A stretch of 64,000 nucleotides of DNA from an uncultured virus (IMG/VR IMGVR_UViG_3300025697_000015) (Duplodnaviria > Heunggongvirae > Uroviricota > Caudoviricetes): the IMG/VR virus record IMGVR_UViG_3300025697_000015, one strand, 5' to 3'. Of this stretch, positions 20,162-27,631 are shown piece by piece; within the stretch, counting starts at the first letter, position 1, and every line of letters begins with the position of its first letter. The notes below the pieces were generated by a model, which saw only the letters and a program-made list of their open reading frames with translations, was not told where the DNA came from and did not search any database. Position numbers and translations under genes: made by a program.

Positions 20162-21052
20162 ATGCAATTCATTCACCCCTCCATCAAATTGGAGACCTCT
20201 AACCGAACCATCCAAGAGTTTATGGATATCATAGAAAAAGCTGGCCGAACCTGTTGGAAAAGTGAAACTAACCAGTACAAACAAGCTTTAAAATATATCA
20301 GAGACCTTGATTGGAATCCACAAGGGTATGAAATCATGAGAGCTGCGAACGGTGGTCAACCTCTCACTCTTGAGCAATTAATGAGTCCTGATTTTGTACG
20401 GTCAGCTCGGGATGATGAGGCTTTCCGACAGGTTACACGGGACTTCAACCGAAGGATGGTGAAGATCGGCCACACATCTGTTCTTGAACACAGTGCCATT
20501 ACCGTCAGGATCCTCACAGATCGAGCCGTAACTCACCAACTTGTCAGGCACCGGATTGCTGCCTACTCTCAAGAGTCTCAGAGATACGTGGGGAATGATG
20601 GCCATGTTATGTTCATCATCCCAGAAGGTTCTGGTTTAGAACCAGGTTATTATAGTTTTGACCAACAATCAGAACGTGAAGTTGAAGTTCTATCTAAGAT
20701 CCTTTGCACCCCTGAAAACCCTCATACTGAGTTTGATACAGTGGATATCAAAGAATGGCCTCGTGTAGGTATGCCCTTTACTTGGGTCTCTGCTATGCAA
20801 CATGCTGAAAATGCCTATCTTGATCTTCGAAGTGCTGGTGTAAAGAAGCAAGATGCCCGAAGCGTTCTCCCAAATGCCACCAAGACAGAGATTGTGGCCA
20901 CTTACAATATCCCTATGTGGAGACATGTCATGAAAGAGAGGCTCGATCCGGCAGCCCAACACGACATTCGTAAGATTATGGGTATGATACTGGATAAGTT
21001 TCTGGAAACGCCAATGGCAATTTTATTTGAGGATTTGAAAAATGTCAGATGA
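20162..21052 (+). CDS. thyX: FAD-dependent thymidylate synthase
   Basis: GHTSVLEH, DRAVTHQLVRHRIAAYSQESQRYV signature, ARSVLPNAT, AQHDIR. Confidence 0.95.
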   Translation: MQFIHPSIKLETSNRTIQEFMDIIEKAGRTCWKSETNQYKQALKYIRDLDWNPQGYEIMRAANGGQPLTLEQLMSPDFVRSARDDEAFRQVTRDFNRRMVKIGHTSVLEHSAITVRILTDRAVTHQLVRHRIAAYSQESQRYVGNDGHVMFIIPEGSGLEPGYYSFDQQSEREVEVLSKILCTPENPHTEFDTVDIKEWPRVGMPFTWVSAMQHAENAYLDLRSAGVKKQDARSVLPNATKTEIVATYNIPMWRHVMKERLDPAAQHDIRKIMGMILDKFLETPMAILFEDLKNVR

Positions 21053-21278
21053 AAACGAAAATGAAGGTGGACAAACCATCAAGATTCTAAGTATTGAAGA
21101 TACCAAACATAACCCTCTTTGGGGTGGTTTTGCTCAGATTCTCGGGGCTTTGGCTTTTGTCATTACCGTTGTTGGATTGGCATTCAGTGTCAAAATGTGC
21201 AACTCCGACTTAGAAACAATCTCCCGTGCTTGGCACGGACAACTTCAATGTGAATGTTCACAGGAAGATGAACCCTAA
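21042..21278 (+). CDS. small membrane protein
   Basis: Single hydrophobic segment. Confidence 0.6.
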   Translation: MSDENENEGGQTIKILSIEDTKHNPLWGGFAQILGALAFVITVVGLAFSVKMCNSDLETISRAWHGQLQCECSQEDEP

Positions 21279-21472
21279 TGGCTGATGAAAAACTGGTAAA
21301 AGTACAACTCACTTATGATAGTGGTCGGGTTCAGACTCTGGAAGGTGACGATGCAGAGGCTTGGATTCAAAATGTCAATGGCTGTATCCTCTTTGGCCTG
21401 GTTCACCCTGCAATGCTAAAAATGAAACAATATCCCTGGAAGGAAACTCATGTCGAACAAGACAAAAGCTAA
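21278..21472 (+). CDS. hypothetical protein
   Basis: Coupled ORF. Confidence 0.6.
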   Translation: MADEKLVKVQLTYDSGRVQTLEGDDAEAWIQNVNGCILFGLVHPAMLKMKQYPWKETHVEQDKS

Positions 21473-22004
21473 AAAAGATCGAGCTCGGAGAGCTAAAATC
21501 AAGGACCAGAAATATCAGGACAAATTAAAAAACCAAGGGAAGAACTCCAAAAGATTCAAGGCTGTGAAGAAAATCCCTTTGACTCAGGATATGTTCTCAG
21601 ATGAGCAGTTCCGATTCTGGCTGGCTCATGGTGTCAATTATCTTGTTTCTGACTACGAGAATGGCCTCTGGGACCCGTTGTTCCCTTCGATCTATGAAGG
21701 TAAGGAGATCGGGGCTGAAACGATGGCACAGGCCATTACAGAGAAGTTTGCCCCATTGGCTGATAAAGACAAGCACTGGCCAAAAGAAGGTCGGACGGCT
21801 ATGTCTTGGTCACTAATGACACGAGAAGTAGTTTTCGTCTATTACAGAGAAGCTCTCCGTCGTCAAAAAGAAACTCTGAAGAAGTCAACTTCAAGCTATG
21901 ACACCTCAAATGAAGCGGTTCTCAAGTTGGTAATTTCACAAGGTAATGCTACAGTCTGGGAAGTATTCAAATTCATGGTAGATCAAGTAAGAGATAAAGT
22001 CTGA
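21450..22004 (+). CDS. hypothetical protein
   Basis: ORF with SD, followed by a terminator. Confidence 0.7.
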   Translation: MSNKTKAKKDRARRAKIKDQKYQDKLKNQGKNSKRFKAVKKIPLTQDMFSDEQFRFWLAHGVNYLVSDYENGLWDPLFPSIYEGKEIGAETMAQAITEKFAPLADKDKHWPKEGRTAMSWSLMTREVVFVYYREALRRQKETLKKSTSSYDTSNEAVLKLVISQGNATVWEVFKFMVDQVRDKV

Positions 22005-22019
22005 GTGAAAATTTAACAC

Positions 22020-22060
22020 AAAAAAAAGCCCTCCTATATTATGGGAGGGCTTTTTTATTT
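22020..22060. terminator. bidirectional intrinsic terminator
   Basis: A-run, GCCCTCC...GGAGGGC stem, T-run; lies between convergent genes. Confidence 0.85.
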
Positions 22061-22070
22061 AAGTTAATAA

Positions 22071-22490
22071 TTAAGGTGATTCTTCATCACTCCATTGTTC
22101 AATAGAAGTATTCACATAAGACATAGAACTAACCGAGTCAAAAGGGGCTAGTAATGCCACAGTAGCCGGTTTTTCAGATTCCGTACTGAGGGAGCTTAAA
22201 GCAGACTCAAGATTTGTATCTTGGAAATAAACATCATACTTTAATGATATCCTGATAACCGGCCCTATTTCTTGATCATTTGTAAAATCAACAGCAGAAA
22301 AAATAGGAGGGCTTTGAGGACTGAAAGCCCAAAAACCACTATCAAAAATAGCCTCCATCCACCCAGAATTACCAGGGTTTGCAGGATCAATAAAAACCCC
22401 AAGCACATCACCCCAAACACCACCAGCAGGGTCAGGTGTTAAAATAGTGTTATTAGGGGCATAAGTTACAATTAATATTACACCAGCCAT
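22071..22490 (-). CDS. acidic hypothetical protein, paralog of 22524-22925 (possibly virion)
   Basis: Shares ILTPDPA.G.WGD.LG, GP.IR and EQWSDEE.P with its neighbour. Confidence 0.75.
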   Translation of the reverse strand: MAGVILIVTYAPNNTILTPDPAGGVWGDVLGVFIDPANPGNSGWMEAIFDSGFWAFSPQSPPIFSAVDFTNDQEIGPVIRISLKYDVYFQDTNLESALSSLSTESEKPATVALLAPFDSVSSMSYVNTSIEQWSDEESP

Positions 22491-22523
22491 CTTAGTTTCT
22501 CCTCAATCTCTCCAAAGCAATGG

Positions 22524-22925
22524 TTACGGGGTCTCTTCATCACTCCACTGTTCAACGTAGGCACTGACATATGACATTGCACCAGCAGAGTCGAAAGCAG
22601 CCATTGCAGCCTTTGCAGTAGCCTGAGAACAAGCTGTTTCAAAAGCTGTTTGGGCTACTGCTAAGTCAATTTCTTGAAATGGGCCATCATAAACGAGTAC
22701 CATACGGATAGCAGGACCGCTGGAATCTGAAGTGTTGACATAATCACAGGCCCCAAAAGTTGGTTCACCCTCCGGAGCTTGGGCACCAAAAGAACCACCA
22801 CCGTAACTAGTCAGTATGTAATCTGCCCAAAGACCCAAAGCATCACCCCAAGCACCAGCTGCTGGGTCGGGTGTTAAAATACCATTATCAGGGGTGTATG
22901 TTGCTGTAAGTTTACTTCCTATCAT
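22524..22925 (-). CDS. acidic hypothetical protein, paralog of 22071-22490 (possibly virion)
   Basis: Same shared motifs; class-II motif at 22961-22993. Confidence 0.75.
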   Translation of the reverse strand: MIGSKLTATYTPDNGILTPDPAAGAWGDALGLWADYILTSYGGGSFGAQAPEGEPTFGACDYVNTSDSSGPAIRMVLVYDGPFQEIDLAVAQTAFETACSQATAKAAMAAFDSAGAMSYVSAYVEQWSDEETP

Positions 22926-23022
22926 TTTTATCTCTCCAAGTTAAATCATTAAAAAAACCTTCTATAACAGTGGTATAATAAACAATTTATTGAACTAATT
23001 TATTATACCCAGAACTTGAAAT

Positions 23023-24027
23023 TTAAGCGTGAGCATGATTCAGTCCAGTAACATTGATACCTGTACCACCGGATGCATAATAATTGTCAGTACAACCTGT
23101 TGACACACCAGCAAGGGTAGTATAATCAGCATTGTAGAGATTGAAACCTCTACAGTTTGTCATATCTCTGATAACACCTGTAATGTAATTATCATCAACA
23201 GCTTCAAGTAAAACTCCTGAACCTGAATTACTTGATCCACCAGATAAGTTTACCGTGTCAATATCTACACGTAACCTATTCATATGAGCACCACCGGTTA
23301 ATGTAATAACTCTGAACTGGGTGGTTGATACTGCTGTAACATCCTTTGCTCTTATCAGACCGAAATCTGCTCTAGTTCCTGTAATGAGTGCTAGTATTAG
23401 GATATCAGTTGTATTGATAGCTGTTGGGGTCAGTTTACACGTAAAATGTTCTGCCTTAACATAACTACCTGAATAAACAATCATATTTCTCTGTATGCCA
23501 TAACCAGTAGTATTGATTTCAAGATCACCAATAAGAGTGGCATTGCTTGATACGGTTACTTTGATAGTACCACCTGTTATCAATACTCTATCAAAGGTAA
23601 TATTACAGTCAGGTATTGTAACATTGACTGTCTCAGCATACGTTCCGTGCTTAACGAAGTAGCTCTTGTCAGCACCTTCGGCTGTAATAGCTGCTGCTAT
23701 AGAAGTGTAATTACCACCACCAGAAGCATCAACAAAAATATCGTATAATACAAAACCAGCACTGGCTGGCATATCGTCAATAGTATCAAGGGCTTTTTGA
23801 ACGGTGTCATCGGCAGCCGAAAGGTTGCCATCGAAATCCGTGGTGTCTACAGTTGTACCTGCTGCTGTAGATGACCCGCCTGTAGACATATCGTCTACGG
23901 TATCCAATGCCTTTTGAACGGTATCATCGGCAGGTGAAAGATTACCATCAAAGCCTCCAGTAGTCACACTCACACTTGAAGCGGTACTAGAGCTGGCTCC
24001 GTTTTGGGGGTAATGTATAATTGTCAT
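23023..24027 (-). CDS. putative virion fibre/decoration protein with beta-helix-like C-terminus
   Basis: Rich in S/T/G; duplicated FDGNLSxADDTVQKALDTxDDM; VDASGGGNYTSIAAAI...GTYAE resembles the start of a pectin-lyase-fold domain. Confidence 0.6.
   Translation of the reverse strand: MTIIHYPQNGASSSTASSVSVTTGGFDGNLSPADDTVQKALDTVDDMSTGGSSTAAGTTVDTTDFDGNLSAADDTVQKALDTIDDMPASAGFVLYDIFVDASGGGNYTSIAAAITAEGADKSYFVKHGTYAETVNVTIPDCNITFDRVLITGGTIKVTVSSNATLIGDLEINTTGYGIQRNMIVYSGSYVKAEHFTCKLTPTAINTTDILILALITGTRADFGLIRAKDVTAVSTTQFRVITLTGGAHMNRLRVDIDTVNLSGGSSNSGSGVLLEAVDDNYITGVIRDMTNCRGFNLYNADYTTLAGVSTGCTDNYYASGGTGINVTGLNHAHA
23770..23952 (-). repeat. imperfect ~66-nt in-gene duplication (23770-23835 and 23887-23952)
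   Basis: Encodes the two FDGNLS..DDTVQKALDT.DDM units, 117 nt apart. Confidence 0.85.
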
Positions 24028-24042
24028 AAGTCATATCTCTTT

Positions 24043-25173
24043 CTATTTAGAATACTCTAAAGTTGAACCACGACCATCATTCTGGAAATGGATGTCAAAT
24101 TCTTTTAACAAGGCATTTCCAGAGTACTGGTCTAACCCAACAAACAAACCACTAGCATTAGCTGTGTCTCGGAAGAAACGTATATCTAATATTGAACTTA
24201 CTGTAGTTATTGCAGCCCCTGAAATTGCTGGGAACTCTGACAGTTGGATAATGTCTGACCCAGCATACGTGAAAACATGAGTATCTATCTTGACAGGACC
24301 CTGCCAAGCACCTGGAGTAGAACCATTCATTGTCCAGCGGTACAGCATTACCCAATGTGGGAAGTCTGCTGAGTTTTGAAGCCAATGAATATGGGGATGG
24401 ATGTCTGTCCCTTGAGCATAACTGTGTGGGAACTGCCCTAACATAACAAACGGGTCCTTGGTGTATCGAGCATTATCTTGGAAATTAGCACCAACCTCAA
24501 TATAGTCATAATCAATTCTTCTATTACCACCATCCAGATTCTGAGCAATAGCAGGGAATCGAAGGTCATCCCATTTCAAAGCTGTAAATTCAGCATGGGT
24601 ATGGTTACCAGCAGCAGATGTAGTAGCCGTTAACCCTATCGTATGATGCAATGAAATAGTAGCAACATCTGTATCAGCATTCTGATGAGTTTCACTCTGG
24701 TCTAAAATAGGACCATCAGTTCCACCAGTATGACTATGCCCTGATATTAATCCTTGAGCTGTTCCTGCCGAGTCTGCTCCAACATCAACCGAGTTAGGCA
24801 TCTTATGAACGTGATTTGAAGCTGAGGGTTTCGTAGCATTACCCGCAGCAACAACACCCTCTTGAATAGTTTTATATGGAAATGCAGGGTTGCCATCAGG
24901 GACATAAATATCAGACCTGTTTGTATCAACATGAATTGTATTCGGTGTAGCCAAACCAGAAGCATTAATTCGTCCTGCATAGGCAGCCGACATCAGCCCT
25001 TTTTGGACTGTTGTGGCCAGTTGAATCTGGTCACCGCCTGAAATATGTGAAGCAGCATGAGGGGCAGCAGGAAGTCCTGTTACCTCATCAGCACCACCAG
25101 GTTCGTGAGTATCTGCATGGGCTTCGGGTTCTCCGGCTTGTGGAGGGTATACTTTAGTTGAATCATCTGCCAT
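24043..25173 (-). CDS. putative virion fibre protein
   Basis: HADTH..GGAD, HAASH..GGD, HSH and HTH motifs typical of trimeric fibres; C-terminal WDDLR...HPHIHW domain. Confidence 0.55.
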   Translation of the reverse strand: MADDSTKVYPPQAGEPEAHADTHEPGGADEVTGLPAAPHAASHISGGDQIQLATTVQKGLMSAAYAGRINASGLATPNTIHVDTNRSDIYVPDGNPAFPYKTIQEGVVAAGNATKPSASNHVHKMPNSVDVGADSAGTAQGLISGHSHTGGTDGPILDQSETHQNADTDVATISLHHTIGLTATTSAAGNHTHAEFTALKWDDLRFPAIAQNLDGGNRRIDYDYIEVGANFQDNARYTKDPFVMLGQFPHSYAQGTDIHPHIHWLQNSADFPHWVMLYRWTMNGSTPGAWQGPVKIDTHVFTYAGSDIIQLSEFPAISGAAITTVSSILDIRFFRDTANASGLFVGLDQYSGNALLKEFDIHFQNDGRGSTLEYSK

Positions 25174-25188
25174 TAGTTATCTCCTTGT

Positions 25189-25479
25189 TTAACCCCAGCC
25201 CCAAATTACACTTGCAGTAGCTCCGATACCCATCCCAGAAGTCGTAGCCTGGAACTCGTACCAACCATAATCATCCAGATTAATCTCAGCATCAGCGGCA
25301 CTTGTTATTAAGGTTCTCCAAGGACCGTCTTTTTGCCGGCCTCTGATAGCTACTGTAGCTGCCCCGGTTATTGTAACAATGAATAAATGTTGGGGTTGTT
25401 TCCGACCAACATAATATGCAGGACCGAATGTATCAGCAATAACATTCAGAATCTCACGTTGTCTTACTTGTCTTGGCAT
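25189..25479 (-). CDS. hypothetical beta-rich protein
   Basis: SD GGAGG before ATG 25479; class-II motif at 25522-25554. Confidence 0.65.
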   Translation of the reverse strand: MPRQVRQREILNVIADTFGPAYYVGRKQPQHLFIVTITGAATVAIRGRQKDGPWRTLITSAADAEINLDDYGWYEFQATTSGMGIGATASVIWGWG

Positions 25480-25558
25480 AATATCCTCCATAAACGGAAA
25501 ATGCAGGAGAAACAATCATCTCCTGCATTATGGGGTTTATAGACAGATTAAGGACAAA

Positions 25559-26002
25559 TTAGCCGGCCACGACCTCTTCTATTTCTTCTTGTGGCTCGAT
25601 ATCAAACCGAGTTACATCCTCTTTCCACCAGGTTTTCAGATTGTCTAAACCTGTCTTATCCGCCAACACCACACGAGCAGCACCAGAAATAATGCCTTTC
25701 ATATCCCAATCATTAGTGTGGGTCTTAGCTTCTAACTGCTTGTATTTACGGCCACGGAGGTACCCGTAAGCCAGAAAACGCTCACGTTGGCCAATATCCT
25801 TAGTGCTTTCACGAAGGCTAACAGCTTCTTTGGTAAAGGCAGTAATATCATACTGAACCATTACAGAGTCAGCCCGACGTAAAGCACGAGCTTTCATAAG
25901 AGTTTTGCGGGATTCGTTACGAGTTTCACGAGTTTCTTGAGCTGTTTCCTTGATTTGTTTTTTAAGATCAGCTATTAAATTTTTATCTTCTTGGGATAAC
26001 AT
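25559..26002 (-). CDS. uncharacterised phage protein under leader-peptide control
   Basis: N-terminal coiled coil, FLAYGYLRGRKYKQLE motif; SD AGGAG at 26014-26010 lies within an inverted repeat. Confidence 0.85.
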   Translation of the reverse strand: MLSQEDKNLIADLKKQIKETAQETRETRNESRKTLMKARALRRADSVMVQYDITAFTKEAVSLRESTKDIGQRERFLAYGYLRGRKYKQLEAKTHTNDWDMKGIISGAARVVLADKTGLDNLKTWWKEDVTRFDIEPQEEIEEVVAG

Positions 26003-26009
26003 ATTGATT

Positions 26010-26069
26010 CTCCTAGTTAAATGAATTAAAAGTTCGGTAATAACAGGTATTACAAACCTTAACTAGGAG
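26010..26069 (-). promoter_or_regulatory. anti-SD/SD hairpin (perfect 11-bp inverted repeat)
   Basis: mRNA CUCCUAGUUAA (26069-26059) pairs with UUAACUAGGAG (26020-26010), which contains the SD of the gene starting at 26002. Confidence 0.8.
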
Positions 26070-26109
26070 GTGCTCTGGCGGAAACCTAAATGTTTGGTAA
26101 ATGTCTCAT
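26059..26109 (-). CDS. leader peptide MRHLPNI-(TAG)-VSARAPPS with in-frame amber codon and RAPP arrest motif
   Basis: ATG AGA CAT TTA CCA AAC ATT TAG GTT TCC GCC AGA GCA CCT CCT AGT TAA read from 26109; TAG at 26088-26086. Confidence 0.75.
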
Positions 26110-26115
26110 GTTTTA

Positions 26116-26143
26116 AATATAATCCTTTTTTTCAGATTGTCAA
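26116..26143 (-). promoter_or_regulatory. sigma70-like promoter for the leader transcript
   Basis: TTGACA (26143-26138), 16 nt, TATATT (26121-26116); predicted +1 at about the leader ATG (26109). Confidence 0.6.
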
Positions 26144-26163
26144 GTCTTTCAGAGAAAAATAAT

Positions 26164-26239
26164 TGGTGCCTCTGGAAAGATTCGAACTTTCGATCATAAT
26201 TTTAGAGATTACAGCTCTAACCAACTGAGCTACAGAGGC
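26164..26239 (-). tRNA. amber suppressor tRNA (anticodon CUA)
   Basis: 76 nt: GCCTCTG TA GCTC AGTTGGTTA GAGC T GTAAT CT-CTA-AA ATTAT GATC GAAAG TTCGAAT CTTTC CAGAGGC A CCA; full cloverleaf with encoded CCA; anticodon at 26205-26203. Confidence 0.93.
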
Positions 26240-26249
26240 ATCTCTAATA

Positions 26250-26278
26250 CAACAACCCACAACTTAAAGAAACTAAGC
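26250..26278 (-). promoter_or_regulatory. class-I motif directly upstream of the suppressor tRNA
   Basis: GCTTAGTTT-CTTTAAG-TTGTGGGTTGTTG, 10 nt before the tRNA 5' end. Confidence 0.75.
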
Positions 26279-26755
26279 CGTTGGTAGGTCGTACCTTGCT
26301 TTTTCTCCATCAAACCACCCTAACTTACCTGTAACGGTTGGGAGTCCCTTCTGAGTGCTTTTACGGCCTTCACGGGCTATTAAATCGTTGGAATACTTGG
26401 GACCAACCCCAGATGCAAGAGTTAAAGTGATGTGGGCAGTACGCCCTGATTTAGGTTTGAACTTTGAAGGGGGTTGGAGGATGATAACCTGAGCTTTATC
26501 ATCTTCTACATAACCGATTATTTTCAGAGAAAAAGATTTCCCCAGAGGAAGTGTTTCTATCTTAGGGTCTCCTCCGTCCATGAAATGCCAAATAGTCATA
26601 TGGTCGGCATGAATTTCAGAATGCTTTTTTCCGAACTTCTTTATCAGTTTTCTCTGATCCATTGAAGATAAAAAAAGACCAAGATAGATTACTTCAGAAT
26701 GATTGGCCTGTTTTAATAACCACCGCCGGGTTAATTTATCAGTTGAATTAGACAT
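26273..26755 (-). CDS. 2H phosphoesterase (cyclic phosphodiesterase-like)
   Basis: Two HxT motifs: DHMTI and AHITL. Confidence 0.75.
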   Translation of the reverse strand: MSNSTDKLTRRWLLKQANHSEVIYLGLFLSSMDQRKLIKKFGKKHSEIHADHMTIWHFMDGGDPKIETLPLGKSFSLKIIGYVEDDKAQVIILQPPSKFKPKSGRTAHITLTLASGVGPKYSNDLIAREGRKSTQKGLPTVTGKLGWFDGEKARYDLPTA

Positions 26756-26756
26756 G

Positions 26757-27185
26757 TTAGGGAGTTTGATTGGTCATCAGTTTAGCAATGAGAATGAAAA
26801 TCCCTGAAACAAGGCCACCACCGAGAAAACTTCCGATGGCAACATAGATTTTCACCTTGGTGCTCGTCATAATACTCTCTTTAGTCACAGCTTTAAAATC
26901 TTTTTTCATTATAGCTGTGTCAGTTTTCAGAGTCTTAATGTCTGATTTCATTGTAGCAGTGTCAGTTTTTACCGAAGCGGTGCAAACTATAGCTTCTGCT
27001 GCTTTTTTACTGATAAGATCTTTCAACTCATCCTTGACCGTATTGATCCGGTCAATGGTCTCTACACGAGCATTACTCTCTTTCTCTTGGATTTTCTCAA
27101 GAGCATTACTGAGATTCTCAATGTTTTTTACCAGAGTGTGGATGAACTCAGTATTCAACTGTGGGTTTTTTTCCGTACCTGTCAT
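26757..27185 (-). CDS. coiled-coil protein with C-terminal transmembrane helix
   Basis: KTDTA.MK.D repeated twice; hydrophobic C-terminus. Confidence 0.65.
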   Translation of the reverse strand: MTGTEKNPQLNTEFIHTLVKNIENLSNALEKIQEKESNARVETIDRINTVKDELKDLISKKAAEAIVCTASVKTDTATMKSDIKTLKTDTAIMKKDFKAVTKESIMTSTKVKIYVAIGSFLGGGLVSGIFILIAKLMTNQTP

Positions 27186-27604
27186 CGGGGGTATCCTTTA
27201 TCTGCGGGGACTGTTATACAATACAACCAACTATCTGCTAGGGCTCTTGCTCTATGTTTAACATCAGGTGGAAAAAATACAGGAGGACTCCCGGGAGTTA
27301 ATAACTGTTCTTCATCATCCTCTCCGAAGATAAATAGAACTTTTCCTTCATATATCACGGAAAGTTCTGATTCTTCATGACGGTGTTCTGGGAAAGAAGT
27401 TCCTTTTGTTATGAAAACTCTTTGACTGGCAATAAGACCCTCACCATCAAAGTAAGACTTTAGACCGAAACATGTCCCTTCACCCTTAACATCGTAATTA
27501 GTGAACCCGTCAGGATTCAAAAGATGACCAGGAGGACAAAACTCATCGAGGAGACGGGGAGCAAGAGCTTGTAATTTCTTCAGATCTGGATTGGAATCGG
27601 ACAT
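27182..27604 (-). CDS. cupin-domain protein
   Basis: FPEHRHEESE...YEG and PPDVKH cupin motifs. Confidence 0.8.
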   Translation of the reverse strand: MSDSNPDLKKLQALAPRLLDEFCPPGHLLNPDGFTNYDVKGEGTCFGLKSYFDGEGLIASQRVFITKGTSFPEHRHEESELSVIYEGKVLFIFGEDDEEQLLTPGSPPVFFPPDVKHRARALADSWLYCITVPADKGYPR

Positions 27605-27631
27605 GATGTCTCCTAGTTGATTTTCAAAAAA

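Noticed and set aside
22071..24027. Diversity-generating retroelement template/variable repeats
   Set aside because: The repeats are in-frame protein duplications without adenine-specific divergence, and no reverse transcriptase is in the window.
25499..25529. Hairpin AATGCAGGAGA...TCTCCTGCATT as a second SD-sequestering switch
   Set aside because: The SD used by ATG 25479 (GGAGG near 25490-25486) is outside the stem and no leader ORF with an arrest motif was found; it is more likely a terminator or processing stem after the 25559 gene.
26164..26239. tRNA-Pyl (also has a CUA anticodon)
   Set aside because: It has a canonical D-loop GG, TTCGA T-loop, 5-bp anticodon stem and two nt between acceptor and D stems, unlike tRNA-Pyl; no pyl genes are in the window.
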